Shown here one piece after another: positions 52,734 to 64,000 of a stretch of DNA of 64,000 nucleotides; position 1 is the first letter of the stretch; the number at the start of each line of letters is the position of its first letter. Below the pieces are notes generated by a model that worked only from the letters and a program-made list of their open reading frames with translations, had not been told where the DNA came from and made no database searches. Source of the DNA: Vermamoeba vermiformis (Eukaryota); assembly GCA_045837725.1 (NCBI GenBank), contig JBEWZL010000282.1:248001-312000 (forward strand), written 5' to 3'. The translations under genes were made by a program, and so were the position numbers.

Positions 52734-53893
52734 ATGGACACCTGGATTAACTTGGATCTTGATACAGTCTCGAGAAACTGGGACGACGACGAAGTCGAGA
52801 ATGAATTGCCTGTCGAATATAAAGCTCCTGTGTTTGAGGTAATACAATTGCAGCACTGTAGCTTTTAAGATGTTATGCATGACAAAAAATTATTTTCAAA
52901 AATATTAAAAATTGTCCTACAATGCATAAATAAATAATCATACGGCCAAACCTTTATTAATATTAATTAAAAATACTTAGTGGACTAAAGAAGCCAAAGC
53001 GACCAATAACAAAATTCAAGCCGAATATTTAGTCATCGCTGTCAATACAGCAGCCAGCTTGTTCTTTCATTCACTGATTGAAAGCACAAAATCACCATTA
53101 ATTGGAACTCTTATAATGCCTGAACTTTCTGCCCAAGTAAGCCTATCATAATTTGTTTGTACACTTTTCTGACTTTTGATCTGCAAGATTTCAAAGCATA
53201 AATCACCTTTACGCGACGGTCTATATCAACTCACACCAAATATTGTTGTCGTACTTGTCTCCTTCTTACCAGCGGCTGAGCGCGGCCGAGCTTGGGCATC
53301 ATCATTGTTCGAACACGTTACTGCAACTAAGTAAGTCACACATTTAATTTGTACGAACCACTGACTAACACTGAGTAAAGTGTATATGTGTTCGACACAA
53401 TGTTAGACTCGCGCTACAGAGACAAGTCTGGACGACGTCCTTTGCCTCCTTATGTCAGAAAACTAGAAACTGACGCACGAAAGGTAATGATATAGATCTT
53501 TATCATACTGCCAAACGACGTGCTAACTTATTTCAGCGTCTGAACGCTGATAAAATGATCACTGACGACTGCCCATACTATGAAACGCCGAACATGGTCG
53601 AAGAACTTTCAGCGGCCATCATTACTTACGTAAGTCTGCTTGTGCATCAGAAAGGGAGTGGCACTAACAACTTTCTACAGTGCCAATTACACAGCATTCC
53701 AGCAGCTCTCTATCTGAGCTTGGAAGAAGGCAGCAACTTGCGCTCAGAAACATTGAAGGCATTTGAACACATCGTCGACGTTCTCATGTCCACTGACCTC
53801 AGCGAGATCATGGCACAGAGTCCGCGAAACTACACTACCTTGTTGAAGACTGTGCGCTCTAACAAGAGCGTTCCATTGGACTTGTACATGTAG
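52734..53893 (+). CDS. PSMG1: Proteasome assembly chaperone 1 (PAC1)
   Basis: SRNWDDDE N-terminus; CPYYETPNMVEELSAAIITYCQLHSIPAALYL and terminal DLYM resemble PAC1 (LEQPNIVHDLPAAVLSYCQVWKIPA...NIYT). Confidence 0.78.
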
Positions 53894-54087
53894 AATTAAA
53901 CCGGTTTTTGAGAAAGCCAGTTATTTTGTTGCTGTCTCGCTTTATTGTTCTTCTATGTCCACAAGACAATGGCCAAGCGATGTCGATTCTGGAACGTCTT
54001 GAAAATGTCAAGAATTTTCTCACCTAATGTAATTTCGCGCCTTTTGTAAAGAAGTCATTTAGTTAATAAACTGCACACGAAACCAAC

Positions 54088-55023
54088 ATGTCTAACGATG
54101 AACCTGTTGTAGAATATATTGAAGACCTGGATAATGATGTGGCAGCGTACTATTACTCCGATGAAGAGGTGGATCCATTTTTGAAACAAAAGGAAAATGA
54201 GAAAAATACCAATAAATCAACTGAAAATAGTAAAACTCATAAATCAATTCCAAATAATACTTCCGATAATATTAGCGCAAATAAAATTCAAGAAGCCCAA
54301 AATTTGAATACACGCAACAATAATTCGAGGACATCCGATTTTGCACGAGAAGAGGAGGCTGCTGAAGATGGAGAAATTGATGAAAACGATTTTGGAGATA
54401 GCAACAAAGGTAACTCTAAGTTTTCAAGTTGTTCTCTTCGAGATCAGCAATCCCGTCGTGTCTCGCTAAATGATTGCACTACAGACGCTAGCACTATCAA
54501 TAATACTACTGAAGAGAGCACCAGCAACAAGTTTGAACAAGCACGCATTGACATCTTAGGATTTCTGAGCGACGCAACCAAGACGAGCGATAAAGCAGCT
54601 GTTGTAGCACGACTGGCTGAGTACTTTGACGAGCCGCGATCAGATCTGCTGGACTTGGCTGTAGAACATCTCGACGTTGGTCAATTAACCGCTTTGGTGC
54701 TCGAGGCAACGACGATAGAACAGAATGGTGGCATGCACACAGCTGATGGTAAGCGAAAGAGGACCTTTGGTGGGTATTTTTCTACATTATGGGCAAGAAA
54801 GTGTCCAAAGAAGCGAAAAAAGCGATTTTCGGTGCGGATCAAAAGCTCCGCAAACAAGCACAAATACAACGGCAACGTAATCATAAACAATCGAATAACA
54901 GCCGCGGAACTCACAACCGAGGTCGAGGCAATGCCAACGCGCGTGGAGGACGTGGAGGGAGTGAAGAGGAAGCGTGAGAACGAAGCAGATCCCAACACTG
55001 TAGCGAAGAAACAAAAATTGTAA
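54088..55023 (+). CDS. PHAX: Phosphorylated adapter for RNA export (PHAX), with a frameshift near 54775
   Basis: IEQNGGMHTADGKRKRTFGG(VF) matches the PHAX RNA-binding domain; restoring one G gives GGVFFYIMGKKVSKEAKKAIF. Confidence 0.8.
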   Translation: MSNDEPVVEYIEDLDNDVAAYYYSDEEVDPFLKQKENEKNTNKSTENSKTHKSIPNNTSDNISANKIQEAQNLNTRNNNSRTSDFAREEEAAEDGEIDENDFGDSNKGNSKFSSCSLRDQQSRRVSLNDCTTDASTINNTTEESTSNKFEQARIDILGFLSDATKTSDKAAVVARLAEYFDEPRSDLLDLAVEHLDVGQLTALVLEATTIEQNGGMHTADGKRKRTFGGYFSTLWARKCPKKRKKRFSVRIKSSANKHKYNGNVIINNRITAAELTTEVEAMPTRVEDVEGVKRKRENEADPNTVAKKQKL

Positions 55024-55353
55024 CTGTAAAGCTTGTATCATACTCAGGGCACGAGGAGCATCATTCCCGAGACATGTAAATACGTATTGATCGATCTCTC
55101 GTTCCAGATCGTGAGCGAATTGCAGGCGTGTGTACATTTCGTGCATTTCAAAACCAGACACAATCGGTGATTTGAAACGAGTTCGAGCAATCGGTTAATT
55201 AATCGATATACCTCACGTTATACTATGCCATTCAATGTTACTAGGCGTAGAAGCGTGGTACTCACCCTGGCGGACGCGTTCCGAGGAAGGAACGGAAAAA
55301 TTGGGTGTGGATCGCGGGCCGATCTGCCGAAGCTCCGTTGAAAGACTGCTTTA

Positions 55354-57853
55354 TTACTTTGAATCCTCTTCCATTAGGATCACTCCGGTGCGCTTCAAAT
55401 GCTTTCTCTTGCGCTTCTTCTTCGATCTGTCCTTATGATCCGGCGACGTGTAATCCTTATCTGCGAAGATTCAATTTAGTCTTTAATAAGATTTAAATAT
55501 TGGTACAACGGCAGATAAAAATATTCCAGGTTAATTAATTGTGAGCCGGTAAATCCGAGATCTGAATAAAACTTACATTGCGCGCTCGGATGCACATGAT
55601 TACTATCAGGAATAATAGTGCTTGGCAAGAATGTCAGCTCATCTTCTTCGTCTGATAGTTCGTTGTTCTTGTAGGGCGTAGTAACGTCAACCTGGTAAAT
55701 GACACGCGGGAGATTAGCACGAGATAATTATGTGCACGCGAGTTTGTGAAAAAGATTTTCGGGCACGAAAACCAAAAATAATATTTGTGCGCCATATCGA
55801 AAAAATTGTGTCCTAATTCGAATGCCTAAGACCAAGGTTAGCAACCTGGCCAGTCTTACCTCTTCGTCCATGCTAACTTCTTGATGTTCGGTCTTTTGTC
55901 GTTTCTTTCGCTCTTCTTGTTCATCGACCTGCACGAAGATTTACTCACACGTTCATGAACGAGTCCAAACGGCCGTGTCTTGTTCACACTTACCTCATCA
56001 AATTCGTCCTCGCGTTCAATATATTCGACGTTTTCTTCAAACTCTGTGAAACCTGGGGCGTACGCACTCCAGTTCTCGGTTGCTTGAGCACCCCAAAGAT
56101 AGCAAATGCCGCTGGTACCGCACGTGACTGCGAATGAGCGGAGCGGGTGCCACTAAGAAGGACGATGTCATATTAGCAATGAGGCTTTTCTTGTCTTGTC
56201 AAAAAGGTCTGAATTTACCTCGACATCCAAAATGGCCTCTTTTGGCCCTTCTAATATCTTCTCTAAGTGGCCCGAATGACGTGACCATATGTACACCTTA
56301 TGCTCTGCCTTTTGTGCGGAACCTATTCAATAGAACGTGTGAATTAATAACTGGCGCCTTTCGAAACCAACCGGATCAGTGCACATAATTTACGAAAGGC
56401 GAACAAACACTCGTAATACGAGCGGTCAGATCTGGGTAGACATGTTACCTCCGATAATGTGCTCGTTATCGCTCGAGAAAAGACATTTCTTCCAATGCAG
56501 CTTTTCGACAACGTCTTGGAATTCAAATTTCAGCTTGTAATTCTTAGTGTCGTACAGCCTATTAATTAAAAGTGAGAAAGTGAGAAAGATATTTTGAAAG
56601 TATGCCGTAAATAGCAAGAAGGAATTAATCGCGGGAACAATTTTAAAATGACTTTTAAATTGGTGCTATTTTAGGACCGCTCACCTCAGCACGCGATCTG
56701 TGCAATTCACAAGAAACTGCTCTCCGTCTTTACTGAATGCAAATGATTTGATGCTGATTGCTGTGTTTGACACCCTGAACGCGTGCTCGACCTTCAGTGT
56801 CTCGAGATCTATCACCGAGACAATACCTTTAGCATTGCCCGCAAAGATTTTATCTCCTGCATGATTGAATTGCGCGACGGAATTAGGCACAGGTTTTTGC
56901 TTCTATATTTAAAGTTTAGGAAATTAATATCTCCGATTCATTCCCTGTCAGTGTATAAAGAAGCAAAGGTATGTATACCGTAAATAAGTTGTGCGCTGAA
57001 TCACCAGCGTGTTCTTCTTCTTTCTCTTCGTTCAATAGTCGTTCACCGTCCAGTCTGTCAACGAGTGGTAGCTTTTTCTTCTCGCCTGTGGTCAGATCCA
57101 CGAGGCACGGATCATCCATCCATACTGAAGCAACTGCGATATTGCTGCCGTAGCGTCAGTATATACGTAGCACAGTCAGCGATCAAAGGAAGATCGGTAA
57201 TGTAAACTGAACTTACCGGCCGCGAGGATGGATCTGCGACGACAAAATTGGCGAGTTGAAAGGTACATTGATATCAAATGAGGCTGTAAGCACATCCCAT
57301 AATCGCAAGTTCCAATCAGTTGATGAAGTGAGAATCTTGCGACCATTACGAGACCAGCTAAGATCATTTGTTAGAACTGGCACGATCGTGCCATGATCTC
57401 ACGGGTTTGGCACTTACCTAACAGCTGTGATTGGATGCACGTGACCGATCAATACTTTGGCAATGCCTCGTGTTTCAAAGTCCCATATAACTGTCCTTCC
57501 ATCGTTGCAACCAACCGCTGAAAACGAGTTAAGATTTCTTCAATCCGTAAAAAATTTGATTTGACTTGTATATTACCTAACAATGTTCCTCTTCTATTAA
57601 ATGCACAACATGTCGCCATGCCATCATCCAGATTATCTTCGATGCGATCTGGAAGGGCATTTCGCACGTATGGATCTTGAAATAATTTTAATAATCGTCA
57701 GAAAATTAATATAGATGTATAAATGGTCCATAAAGTACTAATGCATAGCCTATCCGCCAAATATAATTGTTTCGATAATTTTCTATTGATTACAACGTAA
57801 AATTGCCGATCGCGATTACTATCCGTTTTCTTACCTAACAAAGCCAAATTCAT
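55354..57853 (-). CDS. RBBP5: Retinoblastoma-binding protein 5 / Swd1 (COMPASS WD40 subunit)
   Basis: MNLALL-DP...PDRIE, CAFNRRGTLLAVGCNDGR.VIWDFETRGIAK...HVHPITAVSWSRNGRK, FLVNCTDRVLR, NWSAYAPGFTEFEENVEYIEREDEFD. Confidence 0.95.
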
Positions 57854-58704
57854 TACTTAAACTATTCTACAAATATACAATGGTAATAATACAATGAGTG
57901 ATCGGCCACTCCTATCGGTAAGTGATTGTTTCTACCGTAAATGATACGACGAAAATGGCGGCAAGAAATAATTGGTTATCTAACACTCTCAGGACAAAGG
58001 CACGAACACCTAAGGCTACTGATAACGACAAAACATCTCAATTAAAGTCATCAAGATTGATCCACCCCGTAAAATTAATGCTGGGATGAATCCAGTACTT
58101 GTGCGGCGCACTTTTGTTTACGGTTGGGAACTGGGAGAAAGCCAAAAAATGAATGAAATTAAGCTATCTTGCGTAATCTTGCCAACGCTTGCAGCTGCCT
58201 GGGCTCAAACGGTATGGTTCACAAAAATAAAACATTTGCCTTCTTTTGGTATAATTTTGCGCGATAAATTTAATTCTTACTTAATCATCCACCGACGCGC
58301 CCGCTATCAATGCACTATTAATGAAATATACTTTCACAGGCCACAACGCGACGAGTATTCCCGCTATAGTAAGAATGGAATTGCAAAGTGGAGATAAACT
58401 TCCGGAACCCGCCGTTACCCCAACCCTTTACTAGTTAATGTACTGCATTGATTAAGTGCGTTAGGTAACTTCTAACGCAATCGGTAAAGCGTTCGACTCA
58501 AGTATTCACACTCCCGAAAAGGAAATGTCAAGAACTACGACATATTGCAACGTGCACATTGAGATTGTATCTGGGCCCCGACACGTCTATTTTCTTGACA
58601 CGCGCGGCCAAATTTTTATTTGTTTGTTCTCCCGCGGTTAGTATTTTTAGTTTGTTAGTTGAGGAATAACACGAAAGAGCTGATCCGCTTTATTTGACCC
58701 AACT

Positions 58705-60468
58705 ATGAATACTTTTGTCAGCGTACATACTTGCGTGGAGAACCTCAAGTAAGCATTTGTGTATCCTGCTATTAAAAGAAAACGTTTGTATCCTTTCATG
58801 AAGGATCCGCGTCACTAGTACACGCAATGCATCTGCTAACATTTATCACTCAAGGAATATGGTGGATGAGGATAGCGCTTACCGTATCCTTGGAATCATA
58901 GAGGAGTAAGACCAAACGCGTGCGCTCTTTTAATAGCATCTTACTTAGTTTGCCCTTTTAGGTTCGTTTGTCAACGCATTTCATTTGAGGAGTTTCAAAC
59001 TGTAATTCGCATTATAATCCCTCCACACCAGTTCCACCTGTTTCCAGTCGTTGCTAGGTATGTGGCCCTTCTAGATCTCCAATACATTTCTTTTATCTAC
59101 TCTTTGTAGCTGAAACTTAACCAAATAATATGGTCCAACAGGCATTTTTATCATTTTATCTTGTCTTGCTAACACTTGCAATACAGCTTGGTCGAACTCA
59201 CTCGGGATCAATCGTATTACACACAAATGCAGAACAAAAATCTTTCGCATGAAAAGGGTAAGTCTTTTTCATTACTCGCGACACGATAATGTTGTTTAAT
59301 GCGATAAATAATTCCCGTTAATTGATATCTTTCCTGATATCGTGTCATTACATTGATGGATGTGACAACCGGAGTAATTTACTGACTAGATTCATTCTTT
59401 AGATACGGTCTTAAAAAGGCTAGAAAGCCTAAATATCCATTTTCATAGCGATAAACTTTACTCTCAGTCCCACCAATTGGTTCCCAAGCCGTCAAAAACA
59501 TCAATCGCCGCAATATTGAATGACGAAAACAAAAATGTGGATTCGGACGAAGCGCAATGGAAAGAAGAGTGCCCCAACGCTGATATCTACGAAGACATCA
59601 AGCAGTTCATTTCCAGCAAGCCGCAATTGTCGTCTTGGCTCAGTTGCCCTACACTTCCATTTTCGAAAGCGATGCCTAAATTGGATGTGTCTGGTGTCTC
59701 CGCTAAATTTAACTCGAGTAATGTCGCTCCTAAACTGCGATCAAGCTTTGAGCGACCTATGAAACAAAAGAGTCGTGTTCGCAAGGAATGGACTGAAGCT
59801 GAAGATCGCGCCTTCCTTGCCGGCCTCAAAGAGTTCAAGTTGAACTTTGAGAAGATTGCCCAAATGATCCCTGGACGCAACAAAGCTCAGGTTAGTCGGG
59901 GAATTCTCGATTTAATTATTCTCAACTTTAGAACGGTTTGAAATTTGGAAATTTAACGCGATTACACAATTCCGGAATAGCACGCGTAGAATTTCTATTA
60001 ATTCTTCTCTTTAGATTCGCACGCATTACAAATACTTGTCCAAGTCCTTAAAGCACAACCTCAATGCCACAGGTAATTCAAAATCATAAATTTACATTCT
60101 TGATCCCTAGTACTAATCGGGTTATAATTTTTAGTTAAGCGTCGCATTAAAATGCGTGGCCGCCCTCCTAGAGGCAGACCTGCAGTCACTCCATCAACTT
60201 TGATGCAAGAGATGCAAGCTTGCATTGAATTGATTGAAGTAAGTTACATCTTTCATGAACTAGGTTCGGAGTTTGGTTTTAACGAACTATCTAGATTGAA
60301 CGAGCTCAACAACAACGAGATGGTCTAATAAAGCCGGACGACAGCGACGAGGACAGCTTGAGCTCGGAAATTGATACCCCGAGCGCATCTCCTCGAAGCA
60401 GCTTCAGCACCGAAAGTCCACGAAGCAGTGGCGAGCACGATCTGTCCGAGTGCATGATGAGCGAATAG
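58705..60468 (+). CDS. Myb/SANT-domain protein with AT-hook-like motif
   Basis: EWTEAEDRAFLAGLKEFKLNFEKIAQMIPGRNKAQIRTHY; RGRPPRGRP; 5' exons less certain. Confidence 0.78.
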
Positions 60469-60527
60469 AGTAACAACAACATGGTGTTTATTTTGTATAT
60501 ACATGTAAATAGTTGCGATGTAAGTAG

Positions 60528-61892
60528 TTAGTGCGAGGTCAATTGTGATAGAAACAATGTGACTTGCTCCACGAATTGGGCTACCGATTTAGGGTCACTA
60601 ATTGCATGATCCGCGCACTAAAGTAAATAAAGGATGTATTTTTAGAAACAATTACTCGTGGCATACGTGGATCCTACCTCCAACTTTACAACTTGACATT
60701 TGCAAAATTTGTTCACAATAGATCCCAGGCGCTCAGTGAAGGCGTGCAAGTCAACGTGCTTAGGTACGTATTCATCGGCCATGGAAGCACATAGTAACAC
60801 CGGTGCCTGTGAACAAAAAGATTCACTTTAGTTTCATTTTCACTATTTATGGTCAGAAGCTGTTTAATTCAGGTAGAATGTTCTTCTCGGTTAAAACGCC
60901 GCAATTCACGAATATCAGGAGCGCCAGATAGTATTTCATTACCTTTAAATGGCTAAACAATGGTGTTAACTCTTCGTTGGTTAGATCACTGGAGAACATG
61001 TCATCGTCAGCGCCTCGTGACATGAAGGAGTGATATCTGGATAACATATGTGAATCTGAAATCCATGCGTATTAATAGTTACGCACCTGTACGCGGATAT
61101 CGGCGACAGATGGCAGTGTGAAGGCATGAGTGCGTCAGGTTGGTTGTCATCAACGAACTGTTGGGCCTGTTGCAGATACTCCTTTGACCTCGGCAGAGTT
61201 TCCATGTATTCTCGGTCGCTTACCGGCCCCTGTTTATCGTAAACTCAGTTTCGTGAAATAAACAACTCAATTTAGCGCAACGCGAATACCTGCAATATTA
61301 AAGCGGAAATACTCGTGCCGTACTTCCCAATTTTTGCATGAAGTATCAAATCTTGGCAGCCTGTTATATGATGCCCTTCTCAGTAACAGCTACGTTGGCT
61401 AGCGGGTCATACCTGTACTATAGCCTAAGAGCACAATTTGCTTCGAGTGAAAATCTCGTTGCAATACCTCAATCAGCGCGTCGATCTCTTCACAATCCCT
61501 GTAACACAAACACAAATGTAAGAGTGAATTAAGGTCGATAAATTAAGTAACGCAATCTCCATCGAGACTGTGCCGCGCATCACAAAAATATCGAATCATG
61601 CACGTACCTCCGGAGTGAACCAGTACCGAAACCAGTATGCGAAGACGATGTGAATATTTGAACTAAGGTGAATCCAATCTTTGATAATGATTTTTGCAAT
61701 GGTGGAAGATAATTAGCGCCGTTGTATGTGTCCGTTAGACCTGCGACGTAAATGACGTGCCTAAATCGAGCAACTTGTTATTTCATTAAACCATAAGCTT
61801 TGAGCAACGCAATATAATGCAATCTAGGGTTACCTATCACTATCGCCGCTCATGAATGCGGTCAAGCGACGCTCGGGATGGTAAATGAACAT
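60528..61892 (-). CDS. DUF1749/UPF0613 alpha/beta hydrolase
   Basis: GLTD, SSSHTGFGTGSL-RDCEEI, VLLGYSTGCQD (nucleophile elbow), ILQGPVSDRE, DDDMFSSDL, DEYVP, ADHA; start codon uncertain. Confidence 0.82.
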
Positions 61893-62255
61893 CTTGCCTA
61901 AGTTGACGATTTTAGTGCACTCCTTAATGTGATATCAAGGTATTAATTGACCCAAAAATATGCAGTAATTATCACCGCAATAGGAGGTTGCAGTAAATTG
62001 CTTTACGATTAATGAATTAAAATTATTTTTGTTGAATAATTGTTTACTACCTTCCATCAAGTTCATCGCGATAATTTAGTGGATAATCCTATTTTAGTAA
62101 ATAAGGGCTTATTGTAGTATACGAATCACGTAAGCAGGAGCAAAAGATTCGCGCGCCAAAAGTTCTATCTCCACCTCGAGATTTCTCGACACGTGACTCG
62201 AGTGTACTGGCTTGAACTTCTGTAGTTTGATTTATTCGATAACAGACATCATAAC

Positions 62256-64000
62256 ATGGCAACTACACTCGAGGTATGAGACGATTAACATCTCGAAGCT
62301 AACTCGATCGCAGAACTTGCCACTCTCCGTTGGCCTGTCCGTCGCCAAACTTCGATCCGTCATTCTTTCTTTGACGGAGAACGTCGAAAGCTTACAAGTA
62401 ACTGCTAATACATTAATCGCTAAGCTAATCACGCCAAATTTAGGCTCAACAACTTGAAAATGATGAGAGATTCAAAGAATTTAAAACAGAAATTGAATTG
62501 GCTCGCACTAACGGGTCAAATTCCAATGCGGCAATCTCTTTCGATTTTAATACTTCGAAGGTATTTATTTTCATCATTTTTGAAATTAATTCTGACAAGT
62601 TATTATTAAGGCGGACAGTAGCGCACTATCGCTCGAAAATGCCAAGCTTCAAAAGGACCTAGAAGAGGCCGTGCATATTATAGAGTCTAAGACGCAAGTC
62701 ATAGAGTCGTTAAACAAGAAGGTGCTTCTTGTCGAGTCAGATCTTGCTCAAAAAGATAAAGAGCTCAGCCAGAAGAATTCTCAGCTAAAGAACGTCGACA
62801 TGATGATATCGGTATTTCAGAAGAACATGAGTTCGGTGAGATCTCAGTTTTCAGAAGTTCAGGAACGCTTCCATAAAGAGCAAGCTTCCGGTACGTGATC
62901 GGCAGATCTCCCTTTCAGTGATACTGAGGTTTCTTTTATTAGTGGACAAACTCAAGCGAACTCATGAGAACATCATGCAATCACAGAAGATGAATCAAGG
63001 TAAGCATAAAGCATATGCGGATCTTGTTCTGATCTGATCTGAACGTTGCCAGAGGACATTAACAAGCTGACTCTCGAGAACAAGATGAAGCAGTTGAAGA
63101 TCAAGACGCAAGACGAGAAGATCACTGACATGTACAGCAAGTTGCGCGAACAAGCTACGCTACTCGAGGAGACCAAGCTGAAGCTCCAATCAATATCCTT
63201 ACTGCAGTTGTTAATCACTAACCATATCATGCTAATGACCCTTAACTAATGTGCACGAGATAGAGCTTCGTAGCGTCGCTGAGGGGTTCGCTGAAGAAGT
63301 TAGAAAAGAAAAAGAATTCTTTTGCGAGTCACTCAAGGCCTCTGAACGGCTGCTGACCGACACGACACAACTGTTGAGACAGCGCGAGGAGGCGTACACC
63401 GATCTAGTCAACGAGAAGTCGGCGTTGGAGAAACGCATTGATGCACTCAAACAGGCGTTGGATGAGAAGACCAATCCCGTGGAGTGCACGGAGCACAAAG
63501 ACAAAATTAAGAGACTGGAAGAACAAGTGAAGCAATTGAGCGATAAAAACAAAGAGCTCGCTGACAAAGTGAAGACCTATCAGAGCAGGTACGTCGATAG
63601 CGCTCATCATTAAGTAACGTACTTAGACGAGTGCAGGGAGCTAGTGCTGAAAGAGGAAGTGATCCTGCACGACAAGAAGATCGGTAAGGCCAATGAAGAG
63701 CTGCAGACCGTGTCCAAGTCACTTCAGTCGTACAAAGATTTGAGTGCGCTGCAAGAGAAGAAGTTAGAGACACTTCAATCAGAGCTCGAGTCTCACAAAA
63801 CACTCATCGTGAGGTTGGAAGAAGGTACGGCCTAAGAGTATTCTCAACTGTGCTTACTGGTGCGTAGAGCTATTGAAAGCAGACAAGAAAGTTACTCGTC
63901 AGCTCCCAACACCTGTCGCGTCAAACTCGCCGCCAAAATCCATTGCTCCACCTACACAAGCTGACTCGCCCCTCTCTGCTGGAGGACGGAAGTTTTTCAC
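62256..64000 (+). CDS. Long coiled-coil protein (3' end runs off the window)
   Basis: Consecutive exons with heptad E/K/L-rich sequence; no recognisable globular domain. Confidence 0.7.
63193..63256 (+). other. U12-type (minor spliceosome) AT-AC intron
   Basis: 5' ATATCCTT, branch CCTTAAC at about 63240-63246, 3' CAC; removal joins ...KLQS|EIELR... in frame and removes the TAA. Confidence 0.85.

Noticed and set aside
3960-54800. Recurrent frameshifts (about 3985, 9875, 10260, 15115, 35030, 54775) as programmed frameshifting, RNA editing or pseudogenes
   Set aside because: There is no shared slippery or AAA-TAR motif, most are single missing bases, the PHAX one lies in a G run, and the flanking coding sequence is otherwise intact. 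Uncorrected long-read indel errors are the simplest explanation; check with short reads.
58457-58505. tRNA-like fragment (CGCAATCGGTAAAGCGTTCGACTCAAG) and 8-bp hairpin TGCGTTAG/CTAACGCA
   Set aside because: No anticodon stem, T-arm or acceptor stem can be completed.
1-64000. CRISPR arrays, rRNA, tRNA genes, transposases or reverse transcriptases
   Set aside because: None recognisable in either strand by eye or in the ORF track.

Overview
Compact, intron-dense eukaryotic genomic DNA with short GT-AG introns (mostly about 50-120 nt), CTRAC branch sites and tiny intergenic gaps. It is most consistent with a free-living protist, plausibly an amoebozoan, judging by ARM-RhoGEF-PH genes and many F-box/LRR/ankyrin genes; the organism is not identifiable with certainty. 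About 25 protein-coding genes were reconstructed by hand: neutral ceramidase, enoyl-CoA hydratase, a WD40-like protein, two ARM-RhoGEF-PH paralogues, PSMG4, TauE/SafE transporter, a signal-peptide dual-specificity phosphatase, a C2/ARM protein, an AT-hook/SANT protein, an N-myristoylated EF-hand-kinase fusion, an F-box/LRR protein, three tandem nucleotidyltransferase-like/F-box/Zn-finger genes, OTUD5, a DnaJ protein, a PAP2 phosphatase, an ankyrin/F-box protein, PSMG1, PHAX, RBBP5, a Myb protein, a DUF1749 hydrolase and a coiled-coil protein. The standout is the 36.5-43.2 kb tandem array, which fuses a Pol-beta-type nucleotidyltransferase motif and a phage-like helical region to a C-terminal F-box plus a variable Zn-binding tail. 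Other notable items are an AT-AC minor-spliceosome intron at 63193-63256, a 12-bp palindrome found only in introns, a roughly 365-nt structured RNA candidate at 44.8-45.2 kb, and an intronless GIY-YIG-like ORF followed by poly(A). Several single-base frameshifts look like assembly errors. All gene boundaries are manual estimates.
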